IMG/VR virus record: IMGVR_UViG_3300021963_000141
Span: 1 to 60,081 of that record
DNA length: 60,081 nucleotides
DNA from: a virus
Lineage: Duplodnaviria; Caudoviricetes
Reading direction: 5' to 3' (one strand)
This document shows, piece after piece, positions 1-8,372 of the stretch. The position numbers were made by a program, and so were the translations under genes. Numbering within the stretch: position 1 is the stretch's first letter; every line of letters begins with the position of its first letter. The notes below the pieces were generated by a model. It worked only from the letters and a program-made list of their open reading frames with translations, did no database searches and was not told the origin of the DNA.

Positions 1-37
1 TGACGAGTACGCCTGGAGATAATTGAGGAGTCGCCAT
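1..37 (-). CDS. gp18: Tail sheath protein, N-terminus only (runs off window)
   Basis: Reverse strand reads MATPQLSPGVLV, the typical gp18 start (SPGV). GGAG RBS upstream, late promoter at 71-78, and syntenic after gp17. Confidence 0.8.
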   Translation of the reverse strand, partial: MATPQLSPGVLV

Positions 38-70
38 GTTTTTCTCCGTAAATCTCAGTTAACTAAAAAT

Positions 71-78
71 TATTTATT
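71..78 (-). promoter_or_regulatory. T4-type late promoter (AATAAATA) for gp18
   Basis: TATAAATA-like octamer ~35 nt upstream of the gp18 ATG. Confidence 0.65.
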
Positions 79-118
79 AAAAAGTTACTTTACGTGGAAG
101 GAAACACGACGTGAATAT

Positions 119-349
119 CTACCAATCTGGATATTCGGAATCTGGGGAATACGGAATTGTCTTCCTTGCATTGATAACTCTTTTTATTGTACATTCTTTA
201 CATTCATATGAGTATGAAGATGCAACTGGACCTCTATCCTTTCTTGTTCTATAAAACTCCCCAATCAAATTTTTCATCTCTCCACAAGTCCTACATTTTC
301 TATCTGTCAGTAATAAATGCCCTAATTTTATTTGCTTATCAATATCCAT
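119..349 (-). CDS. Small Zn-finger hypothetical protein (CxxC...CxxC)
   Basis: CRTC...ECKEC. The start is more likely MDIDKQ at 349, coupled to the gp17 stop, than 367. Confidence 0.7.
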   Translation of the reverse strand: MDIDKQIKLGHLLLTDRKCRTCGEMKNLIGEFYRTRKDRGPVASSYSYECKECTIKRVINARKTIPYSPDSEYPDW

Positions 350-1998
350 TATGACAAATATTCCCACATATAAGCACGATCTCCATATTCATCAGTAAAC
401 CATCTATCACCATCTTGGTCTACAAAACTAGTGTCATCCAATCCATCTGCTATAAATCCAAAAGGTGCCATATCTTGCTCAATCTGATTCTTTTGTTCTT
501 CATATAAACGTTTTCTAACGTCCTGGTCTGTAAGTTCTTTAAAATAATCTTGAGCAACTAACCAGGCATAAATTACAAGGCACATTGCCAAGTCATCATT
601 ACATCCTTCTTCAGCTTCAAATGAGTTATGCTTTTGAATGAAAGTTGTCAATTCACTCATAATTTCATAATCCCTGAAGAGAAGTTTGCTCTCTTCAATC
701 ATTGTCTTTAAGTTAAGGCATCCAACCTTTTTTACAGTCTTGGACATTTTTACGCCCAACTGAGTTTTCTTTCCAGAAAATCCTTGACCAACAATTTGAC
801 CTGCTCTACCTCTCATAGAGCACATAAGAAGATTTTGATACTCCAAATCATAATGTATAATTGATGCTACTTGGTCTCCTACATCATTTACCTCGCATAA
901 AATGTATGCATTATTGTAGTTTTTAGCCACATCTACAACAATGCTTGGGAAAAGCATTGGTTTAATTTCATTGTTTCGATACTTTGCAACTACTTGATGT
1001 GGAAATGTAGTAATATCTATCACAGTGAACGCGGAATAATCGTTTCCTACGCCTCTAGCAACGTCTACAGTCATCAGATAATCGTGATTATCTACAGAAT
1101 CCTCATGAACGTCTAAACCCCCACTGCTGGTCTTGGGGTGGTCATATACAAGGGATCTTAGTTTACTGGGTGCAATAAGAGTATCGACAGATCCTAAAAA
1201 TTCACACTCAAATTCTACTTTGAACTGCTGTTCGGATGTATTGGCAATTGTTTGTTTTTTCCACTCTTCATCACGTCCTGGAACTTCGCTCCAATGAACA
1301 TCGGTAAAGACATATTCATTCTTACCTTTTTCAGCATCATGCCACATTCGGTAGAAATGATTCATACCGTGTGGTGTGGAAACAATAATAACTTTAGTTT
1401 GTTTACCTGAAGTGATTGTAGGATAAACCGATGCAAAGAATGAGTCTGCAATGTGATTTGGAACGAAAGCAAATTCATCCAAGAATAAAATATTAAATGA
1501 CATACCACGAACTGCAGAAGCAGACGTTGAAGCAGCTAAGATTTTACTTCCATTCTCTAATTCAAGAGAACCTTTGTTCCAAGATATAATTCCTTGCTGC
1601 ATCCATTTTGGCAAATTCTCATAAGCAGTTTGAAGACGGTCAAGAAGTTCTCTTGCAGTCGCTGCTTTGTTCGCAAGTATGCCAATATTCACATTGTCAT
1701 TAAAGACTGCATAGTGAAGCAAAAATGACACCACAGTAGTAGACTTACCAGTCTGTCGTGGCATCTTACAGATATTAAATCTATTATTGTGAAAGTTATT
1801 AATTAACTTCTCTTGGAAGTGATATGGTTTAAACGTTTGTAGACCATGATCCAGAGTTACAATCTTTACATAATTATTTGCAAAGTAAACTGGATCATCC
1901 TTACACTTAACAAACTCAATAATTTGTTCTTGAGTAAATTCAATAGGAGTGTTTGCTTTTTTTAGAAGCGGATTGCCAAGATAAACATCATTTGACAT
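349..1998 (-). CDS. gp17: Terminase large subunit
   Basis: YLGNPLLK start, Walker A PRQTGKST, Walker B FLDEFAF, IIVSTPHGMNHFY, and RNase H-like nuclease motifs (VDVARG, NDDLAM). Confidence 0.98.
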   Translation of the reverse strand: MSNDVYLGNPLLKKANTPIEFTQEQIIEFVKCKDDPVYFANNYVKIVTLDHGLQTFKPYHFQEKLINNFHNNRFNICKMPRQTGKSTTVVSFLLHYAVFNDNVNIGILANKAATARELLDRLQTAYENLPKWMQQGIISWNKGSLELENGSKILAASTSASAVRGMSFNILFLDEFAFVPNHIADSFFASVYPTITSGKQTKVIIVSTPHGMNHFYRMWHDAEKGKNEYVFTDVHWSEVPGRDEEWKKQTIANTSEQQFKVEFECEFLGSVDTLIAPSKLRSLVYDHPKTSSGGLDVHEDSVDNHDYLMTVDVARGVGNDYSAFTVIDITTFPHQVVAKYRNNEIKPMLFPSIVVDVAKNYNNAYILCEVNDVGDQVASIIHYDLEYQNLLMCSMRGRAGQIVGQGFSGKKTQLGVKMSKTVKKVGCLNLKTMIEESKLLFRDYEIMSELTTFIQKHNSFEAEEGCNDDLAMCLVIYAWLVAQDYFKELTDQDVRKRLYEEQKNQIEQDMAPFGFIADGLDDTSFVDQDGDRWFTDEYGDRAYMWEYLS

Positions 1999-2014
1999 AA
2001 TAAAACCTTACTTA

Positions 2015-4072
2015 TTAATTACAGTTCCAACGACGAAGTGCTTTATTGATATTGCTATCGGGATCTCTTGCAGTTTTTGCTGAAGTTAGTTTGGACTTCA
2101 TTCCTTTCATACGACGACAGAAAGAAGCACGACGTTTTGCTCTTTTACCTTCTGGATTTTTTTCAGTTACTGCAGTTTGAAGTTTTGAACCTGGATTTTC
2201 TCTACGGTAAGCAGCAACAGCATCCTTACTCAATCCCGCAGTTCTATCTTTACGATTTACTGATTGCCAATCTTCATTAGTTGCTAACGGATTTTGTGGA
2301 CCTTTAAGTCCTGTTTTATCTACTCCAAATATTTTTGGTTTAGGTTTTGGTTTGGTTGCAGAATCGGGAATAGTGTCGCCAACCTTATATGCATTTGGTG
2401 GAATACCTTCACTAAGATCTTCATCAAATTCAACTTGTTCACCGTATGGTTTTACATATGCTCTACTAGGACCTGGTTTTGCTGAACTTCCTCCTTGTGG
2501 ACCACACGCTTGAATGATTGGTTCTCCGGAAGTAAATTCTGATACTGAGTGATGAACTACTTTTGAACCTGGATAAACCTTTTGAAGTTCATCATTAATC
2601 TCTTGACGAGAAGGAGTTTTAATTTGAGGGAAGAACATTCTTAAAGAATAATATTTTCCTCTCCACATTAATGTAACTGCAATTACATTTCCAGTTTGTG
2701 CTTGAAGTCTTGTTGCCTCATCTACTTGAGACTTGAATCCTTTGATTGGATCTGGTATAATTAAATCAACAACTTCAGCAAAAGTATTTCCATCAGCATC
2801 TTCGATAGTTACATCTTCTGCCTTTACGCAACGATTATACTTTTTACCAAATAGTTTTTGAGTCCCCTTCTTTTTGTATCCAGGCCAACACTTCATTTCA
2901 TCCATAATTTTATCAACAAGTTTTTGCTCTTCCATTTCTCCACTCGCAACGTAGTCTGCTGCAGTATCAATATAGTCTGCCGCTTTAGTAATTTTTGACT
3001 GAACCCAAGACTCAAGTTCTCCTTCACCTCTCCCAACCTTTGCTTGCAATCTTTTTACTGCGTTTGCAATTGTCTGAAGTTCTCCGCGAGCCATTGAATA
3101 CTCTTCATCTTTAACTGAAACCTTATCCCAAGTTTTGCCACCATAAGAACATTCGGACCTGGTTTCTCTCTTATCACATAACGGACAATATCTCTCTTCT
3201 TCTTGCATTGTCTCCTCCGATTTAGTTCCCCAGTTATCGGCACCAACCCTACGACATTTTACAAGTGCTCCAGATGCATATGCACTTGGCCATACATCAT
3301 ATCTAGACTTTACCTTATGGTAACAGGCATCTTTCTTTCCGCTACCTTTACCTGGTTTGTCCTTTACTTCTTGTAGGTCCATTTCTTCAGTTCTAACGTT
3401 TGTTGGTCTTGCTCCACCAGTTTTTTCTGGTTGATTTGGGTCTAATCTATTCTTTCTGCTTCTCGCTGCTTCCTCTTCATCTTTTGAAAGTGTTCTTTTC
3501 ATTTTTGAACTTCCACACTTTGGTGTAGAAGTTTGACCTTTTTGTCTAGCACAAGGTTTTCCTGCCCATTTACCGCCTAGTTGGACCCAACCTTTCTTTC
3601 CATCAGATGATTTTGATTTAGAGAACCAATCGTGAAGACCTTCATCTCCAGATTTAGTTTCTTCTTTTAATTTTGAAGGTAGAGAAAATAAGTCCCAATA
3701 CTTTGTTCCGTATTGACAGTCTTCTCTAGTTTCATCTTTTCTGCACTTGGGGCAGTATCTCATTTTCTCTGGATTAATCGGATAGTCCCATTCATAATTA
3801 AGAGAACCATCACTCGTAGATTCTTCTTTTACATCTTTAAATTTTTTATGTTCCTTCTTTGCAGAAGTTTCCATTTTTTTCAAACGAATGTAATAATCAG
3901 GAATCTCATCAAGATGCTGAAGAGCAATATCTCTGGCAAGAGTATGATTTTTGGTATGTTCGTGTTCAATTTTTTCACCCATTTTAAGTTGCTTTTCAAT
4001 GAAAGAAACATCAAGACGATGCTTCTTTGCAATTTCTTCAACTGTTTTAAATGGCTTTAACTGTTCGTTCAT
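2015..4072 (-). CDS. Modular 685-aa protein of short Cys/Trp/Lys-rich modules; probable head-internal protein
   Basis: Two RYCPxC..ETR..C.YG..WD modules plus EHEHT..ALQHLDE.PDYY, DACYHKVK..WPSAYAS, CWPGY and SFCRRM..RRWNC modules, separated by xxE(E) linkers. Confidence 0.8.
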   Translation of the reverse strand: MNEQLKPFKTVEEIAKKHRLDVSFIEKQLKMGEKIEHEHTKNHTLARDIALQHLDEIPDYYIRLKKMETSAKKEHKKFKDVKEESTSDGSLNYEWDYPINPEKMRYCPKCRKDETREDCQYGTKYWDLFSLPSKLKEETKSGDEGLHDWFSKSKSSDGKKGWVQLGGKWAGKPCARQKGQTSTPKCGSSKMKRTLSKDEEEAARSRKNRLDPNQPEKTGGARPTNVRTEEMDLQEVKDKPGKGSGKKDACYHKVKSRYDVWPSAYASGALVKCRRVGADNWGTKSEETMQEEERYCPLCDKRETRSECSYGGKTWDKVSVKDEEYSMARGELQTIANAVKRLQAKVGRGEGELESWVQSKITKAADYIDTAADYVASGEMEEQKLVDKIMDEMKCWPGYKKKGTQKLFGKKYNRCVKAEDVTIEDADGNTFAEVVDLIIPDPIKGFKSQVDEATRLQAQTGNVIAVTLMWRGKYYSLRMFFPQIKTPSRQEINDELQKVYPGSKVVHHSVSEFTSGEPIIQACGPQGGSSAKPGPSRAYVKPYGEQVEFDEDLSEGIPPNAYKVGDTIPDSATKPKPKPKIFGVDKTGLKGPQNPLATNEDWQSVNRKDRTAGLSKDAVAAYRRENPGSKLQTAVTEKNPEGKRAKRRASFCRRMKGMKSKLTSAKTARDPDSNINKALRRWNCN

Positions 4073-4224
4073 TCCACTGGTTTTGATTTAGTTTCTTCAC
4101 CTTTTGCTCTCTTTCTTCTCGCGGCACAATGTGCGCGTTGGGAAAATCCTTTAGGATTTGAGCAATCAATACTCTTTTTATATTTATTACTCCAGTCTTC
4201 TTGAAACTGTTTAAACGTTTTCAT
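4069..4224 (-). CDS. 51-aa basic protein with capsid-targeting-like N-terminus (not in ORF track)
   Basis: Own translation: MKTFKQFQEDWSNKYKKSIDCSNPKGFSQRAHCAARRKRAKGEETKSKPVE. It fills the gap, and its stop overlaps the next ATG. Confidence 0.8.
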   Translation of the reverse strand: MKTFKQFQEDWSNKYKKSIDCSNPKGFSQRAHCAARRKRAKGEETKSKPVE

Positions 4225-4642
4225 TTTCTGTTTGTTGCTTTAAAAGTTTTGCTAATTCTGCAGTAGATCCAACAAAAAGTGCATTATTGACTGTCGTTGG
4301 CCCTTTTGTTTTTTCTTCTTCAATATCCTTAAGTTTCTTCTGCAACTCCATTAACTTATCAGTTGCATCTGCAACGTTTTTAATTAACTGTCCAGCGACC
4401 TCATAAGCACGGGGCATCTCAGTCTCTTGTGCAAGTTCAAGGATTCCATTAATTGCCTCTTGTCCTTTTTCAATAAGAGAATATAAATTTCCTCTTGTAT
4501 AATCATAATCTTTTTTAATATCATCTACTGTAGAAGATATTTTTTCAATTTTATCTACTACAGTTTCGGACTCAACAGGTATGATATCTCCACTTACATT
4601 GAAAGTATCATTTAACTTATCAAACTTTTTTGACATTTTCAT
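4211..4642 (-). CDS. gp16: Terminase small subunit
   Basis: DYDYTRGNLY..IEKGQEAI...PRAYEVAGQLIK...NNALFVGSTAEL, and synteny between gp15 and gp17. Confidence 0.93.
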   Translation of the reverse strand: MKMSKKFDKLNDTFNVSGDIIPVESETVVDKIEKISSTVDDIKKDYDYTRGNLYSLIEKGQEAINGILELAQETEMPRAYEVAGQLIKNVADATDKLMELQKKLKDIEEEKTKGPTTVNNALFVGSTAELAKLLKQQTENENV

Positions 4643-4649
4643 ATTTCAA

Positions 4650-5651
4650 TCAAAGTACACTTCCACTGAATCCAAAATCATCACCATCTTCAACAAGTAA
4701 ATTGTCGGCAGAGGTAATTGATTTTACTTCTGCTCCAAGTAAATGTGAAGTTATGGTGGTATTATCTCTACCCCGGTCCAAGGTTAAAACATTTCCAGAT
4801 TTTGATACTACATATACTTCTTCCCCCTCAATATCTAGATATGTTCCAATAGAAATTACACTAGCATCAGAAACTGTAACTGCAGTATCTGTTGTCGATA
4901 TATTAGTTGCAAGAGTAGTAATAACTGTTCCAGTATAATTTCTAGTTGCTCTTGGTTCTGCGGAGTACACTATTTCTCTCGAAGGAGTTGGTGTAACGTC
5001 TCCAGTAATATATCCAATAGATGCCTTTTTGATAATATCTTTTGTTGCAGAAGAAACTGGGCCAAAAATATATGTTTTGACAGTAAACCTTAAAGTGTAA
5101 ATTAAAACTCTTCTTGTACTGAAATCACCCTCATAATCATCCTGCATTGTAATATTTTCAAGAATTACTGGGATATCCCTTTTTTCATTAATTGTATCAA
5201 CCAAATCAACTGTCATAGTGTATGCTGGTTGGAAATATGGAAGAATCTGCTCAACTATTTGAAGAGCATCATCATTTAATTTTGACATTATACTCAATTC
5301 AAACTGCATATTGTATGGAACTGGAAGATATGCTTTTTTTGTTTCTGCTCCGTCAGTTACTGATTTTGTAGTAAAGTATTGAGTTGTAGTTGATTTCCTT
5401 GATGCATCATAAGTTAAACCAGTAAATTCAAAAGACATTCTTGGCAATGTAATTTGAACAGGTTTGTTTAAATTTGGAGATTGATTTAATCTTGCAAGAA
5501 ACTTTTGAGTTGGTCCATATGCAAGAGGTACTTTAATGGCACTTACTATATTGTCGGAACTATCAGTATGTTTGATGGTTATTCCATTAAACAAAGAACC
5601 AAAAGCAATTACAGTTCTTCTTAAAATTTCGTGATAAAAATAGTCAAACAT
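4650..5651 (-). CDS. gp15: Tail sheath stabilizer/completion protein with C-terminal extension
   Basis: FYHEILRRTVIAFGSLFN, VPLAYGP.QKFL, LPRMSFE, PVPYN, QIVEQILPYFQP. Confidence 0.95.
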   Translation of the reverse strand: MFDYFYHEILRRTVIAFGSLFNGITIKHTDSSDNIVSAIKVPLAYGPTQKFLARLNQSPNLNKPVQITLPRMSFEFTGLTYDASRKSTTTQYFTTKSVTDGAETKKAYLPVPYNMQFELSIMSKLNDDALQIVEQILPYFQPAYTMTVDLVDTINEKRDIPVILENITMQDDYEGDFSTRRVLIYTLRFTVKTYIFGPVSSATKDIIKKASIGYITGDVTPTPSREIVYSAEPRATRNYTGTVITTLATNISTTDTAVTVSDASVISIGTYLDIEGEEVYVVSKSGNVLTLDRGRDNTTITSHLLGAEVKSITSADNLLVEDGDDFGFSGSVL

Positions 5652-5695
5652 ACTTCTAACTTATAGTACTACTGTTTAGTCAAACTAATAACAAA

Positions 5696-5703
5696 TATTT
5701 ATA
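5696..5703 (-). promoter_or_regulatory. T4 late promoter TATAAATA
   Basis: Exact consensus, intergenic, upstream of gp15. Confidence 0.75.
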
Positions 5704-5707
5704 TAAT

Positions 5708-7120
5708 TCAGGGCATCCCAAAAGGATTAGTTTCATTGAAATCTATGATGGAGTCTGCTTCTTCTTCTATTTCATCATTTGCCGCATATCCATCATTGGC
5801 AGGAAATTCTTCAACTAAACGTAGATAATGTGAGGCACTTGATGCTGTACCAACAATATTTTCTCCAAGTTTAAATTGCCCAGTAACATTTGAAACTTGG
5901 AGAACATTTGTTGTAGAGTTCCAAGATTTAACTCTTGCAGTAACTCCAGATTGCGATCCAGTTACAATTTCATTAAATACAAAATCTCCAGTTGATGTTA
6001 GTGCTGGATTCCCTATAGTTATTGTTGGATTTGCAGTATAACCAAGTCCAGAATTTGTAATATAAATCGACGTTATTGTTCCGGCAGCAGAAACAATTGC
6101 TGTTGCTGCTGCAGAAACGGTAGAAATACCAGTAAAACTAATTGATGGTGGTACTACATATCCAGAACCTGAGTTAGTAACGGTAATAATACCAACTACT
6201 CCATTTCCTATAGAAGATATCCCAGTTGCCCCATCGCCACCGCCACCTATGAATCTAATTTGAGGTGCAACTGTATACCCATATCCAGCATTAGTAACTA
6301 ATACCTCTTGAACAGACTGTGCCTTTGGATTTACGTTATTATTGCACGCAACTATACCTCCAATCATTTTTGCAATAGCAGTGGCGGTTTTTCCTCCGGA
6401 TGGGGCAGAAGAAATTCCTACAGTTGGAGTACTAGTGTATCCACCACCACGATTTGTTACAGTAATATATCTCACGCCACCATTTATAATTGTTGCTGTT
6501 GCTGTCGCAGTGACACCAACTCCAATCATAGTGAGATTTATAATATTTCCAATTGGAACAACATCAGAATCTGTAGAATCTGTTCCACCAATCAATCCAT
6601 CAATTTCATCAATATTAGTGTCTATAACTTCATCTTCATATCTGAAGAGTTCGCATCTTAGTTGGTATGTATATAATCCTTGGAGCTGATAGAATGGTTT
6701 TTCATGCTCTACATACTTGACTTCGAATAATCTATTACCTAAAGGAAAATAAATTATATCGCCCTCTTTTGGTCTTGATGAAACTTTTATGTTTGGTTGA
6801 CTTTTTATTAATGGCGAAATATAATTTTTAAATCTTTCTCTTGAAATAGTTAAAGTTATTTCATTAAGTGCCTGAATTCCAAATTTTGATAAAATAGTTG
6901 GATTATCATTATATCCTTCATAAGTATCAACATATGCTTCGATTGGATAAGCATTATTAAATTCAGACTCTATAACTTCTCTTATAACCGTTTTTTCTGT
7001 GATAAATTGTCTAGGGAGATAATGAACTTCAACACCATACATTCTTAATTGTTCATTAATAAGGTCTTGGATAAGACCTTGCTCTGCTTTAGAACCTTGA
7101 AGAAAGAATGGATTAAGCAT
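5708..7120 (-). CDS. gp14: Neck protein with Gly/Thr-rich repeat insertion
   Basis: LNPFF..EQ.LIQDLINEQLRMYG, RPKEGDIIYFP, VEHEKPFYQL, C-terminal DF.E.NPFG. Confidence 0.93.
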   Translation of the reverse strand: MLNPFFLQGSKAEQGLIQDLINEQLRMYGVEVHYLPRQFITEKTVIREVIESEFNNAYPIEAYVDTYEGYNDNPTILSKFGIQALNEITLTISRERFKNYISPLIKSQPNIKVSSRPKEGDIIYFPLGNRLFEVKYVEHEKPFYQLQGLYTYQLRCELFRYEDEVIDTNIDEIDGLIGGTDSTDSDVVPIGNIINLTMIGVGVTATATATIINGGVRYITVTNRGGGYTSTPTVGISSAPSGGKTATAIAKMIGGIVACNNNVNPKAQSVQEVLVTNAGYGYTVAPQIRFIGGGGDGATGISSIGNGVVGIITVTNSGSGYVVPPSISFTGISTVSAAATAIVSAAGTITSIYITNSGLGYTANPTITIGNPALTSTGDFVFNEIVTGSQSGVTARVKSWNSTTNVLQVSNVTGQFKLGENIVGTASSASHYLRLVEEFPANDGYAANDEIEEEADSIIDFNETNPFGMP

Positions 7121-7124
7121 ATGA

Positions 7125-7979
7125 TTAACCTATCATATCGAGAGGAGGAAGTTCGTAAGTGCTTGACATTTTTTCCATTAAAATATCCAACTCTCTTTGA
7201 GCATCATCATACATTTGTCTTCCATTCAACTCAACACCACCTGGAAGTTTTACTCCGGTGAATTTCATCATATTTTGTCCCCATTGTCTTTTGATTAATG
7301 CGGTAAGATATGGCTTTAAGAATGAATCATTCCAAACTCTTGAATAATCATTTGGATCTAAAGTAGAATAACAATCAATAACAAAATATTGACTTGTACT
7401 GACGGAACCCCAATCAATATCCAAATATAATCTATCTTGTCTTTTGTTAAATCTAATCTGCTTTTGTGTATTTAATAAAAAATCTAAATCTTCTAGATAA
7501 GTCTTGACCATTGCATAACTGAGGAGTTCAGTTGTTCCCCAATAATAGATATCATTAAGAAACAACTGATATTTAACACTAAACATATTGTGTGTAATAG
7601 TGTTTGCTCCATCAAAAGTAAAAATCTTATTGACTCCTATGATATTTGGAGGCATCTGCAAATAATTACTATTTTCGTAGTATTCAAAAGTCGTTGCAGT
7701 TCCTACAATATTTGCAGTTACTGAAGTAGTTGCAATCCCAACACTACTTGAAGCACCACTAGAAGTTCCTGCTCTTCCCCTATCAATATCTGCCTGTGTT
7801 ACTTTATACTTATAAAAAGTAGGATACACTCCATCAAAATGTCTTTCCTGAAAAAATTGAATAGCGTCATCCACTAAGTCTTCAATTTGTTCATCTGCAA
7901 CATTAATCTCTAAAACTGGAGCACCCAGTTTTCTTTTGCAGTAATCAATAAGTTCCTGTCGAGTGGATGGTTGTGCCAT
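7125..7979 (-). CDS. gp13: Neck protein
   Basis: P.TRQELIDYCKRKLGAPVLEINV, QWGQNMMKF.GVKLPGGVELNG, ELPPLDMIG. Confidence 0.95.
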   Translation of the reverse strand: MAQPSTRQELIDYCKRKLGAPVLEINVADEQIEDLVDDAIQFFQERHFDGVYPTFYKYKVTQADIDRGRAGTSSGASSSVGIATTSVTANIVGTATTFEYYENSNYLQMPPNIIGVNKIFTFDGANTITHNMFSVKYQLFLNDIYYWGTTELLSYAMVKTYLEDLDFLLNTQKQIRFNKRQDRLYLDIDWGSVSTSQYFVIDCYSTLDPNDYSRVWNDSFLKPYLTALIKRQWGQNMMKFTGVKLPGGVELNGRQMYDDAQRELDILMEKMSSTYELPPLDMIG

Positions 7980-8149
7980 TAGATTTTAAACCCTGCGACT
8001 ACTTCTTGTTGCTTAAAATATAATTTAATATAAGATTTTGCCAAGTTTTTCAAAGTTTCAATATCATCTATACTATCTATATCTCTAGAAAGTTTTTCAT
8101 ATTCAAACAATTTAGACATATTTTCTAGAGAAATTTTTTCAGGATCCAT
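7979..8149 (-). CDS. 56-aa helical protein, possibly NblA-like (not in ORF track)
   Basis: Own translation: MDPEKISLENMSKLFEYEKLSRDIDSIDDIETLKNLAKSYIKLYFKQQEVVAGFKI. It fills the gap with overlapping start and stop. The function is tentative. Confidence 0.7.
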   Translation of the reverse strand: MDPEKISLENMSKLFEYEKLSRDIDSIDDIETLKNLAKSYIKLYFKQQEVVAGFKI

Positions 8150-8372
8150 TTGCTAAACTCCTCAATAAGTTTTTAATTTCATTCAAGTCATTTTTCATTT
8201 CACTTACATCATTTTCAAGATTTTTAATTCTTTGAGATTCATTATATGCTTTTTTATAACTTTGAACATATGCATTATAACTATCAATATCAGTATTCAC
8301 AATCCCGTGAGAATATGTGTCTCTCACTAAGTGATCTTTATCTTTTACTTTGATATATTCCATATCAAACAT
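8139..8372 (-). CDS. Small conserved virion-region protein with C-terminal coiled coil
   Basis: KVKDKDHLVRD..S.GIVNTD followed by heptad repeats. Typical of the gene after the VrlC-like gene in cyanomyoviruses. Confidence 0.75.
   Translation of the reverse strand: MFDMEYIKVKDKDHLVRDTYSHGIVNTDIDSYNAYVQSYKKAYNESQRIKNLENDVSEMKNDLNEIKNLLRSLANGS

Noticed and set aside
23-211. 62-aa plus-strand ORF
   Set aside because: It overlaps the gp18 start, its promoter and the Zn-finger ORF on the opposite strand.
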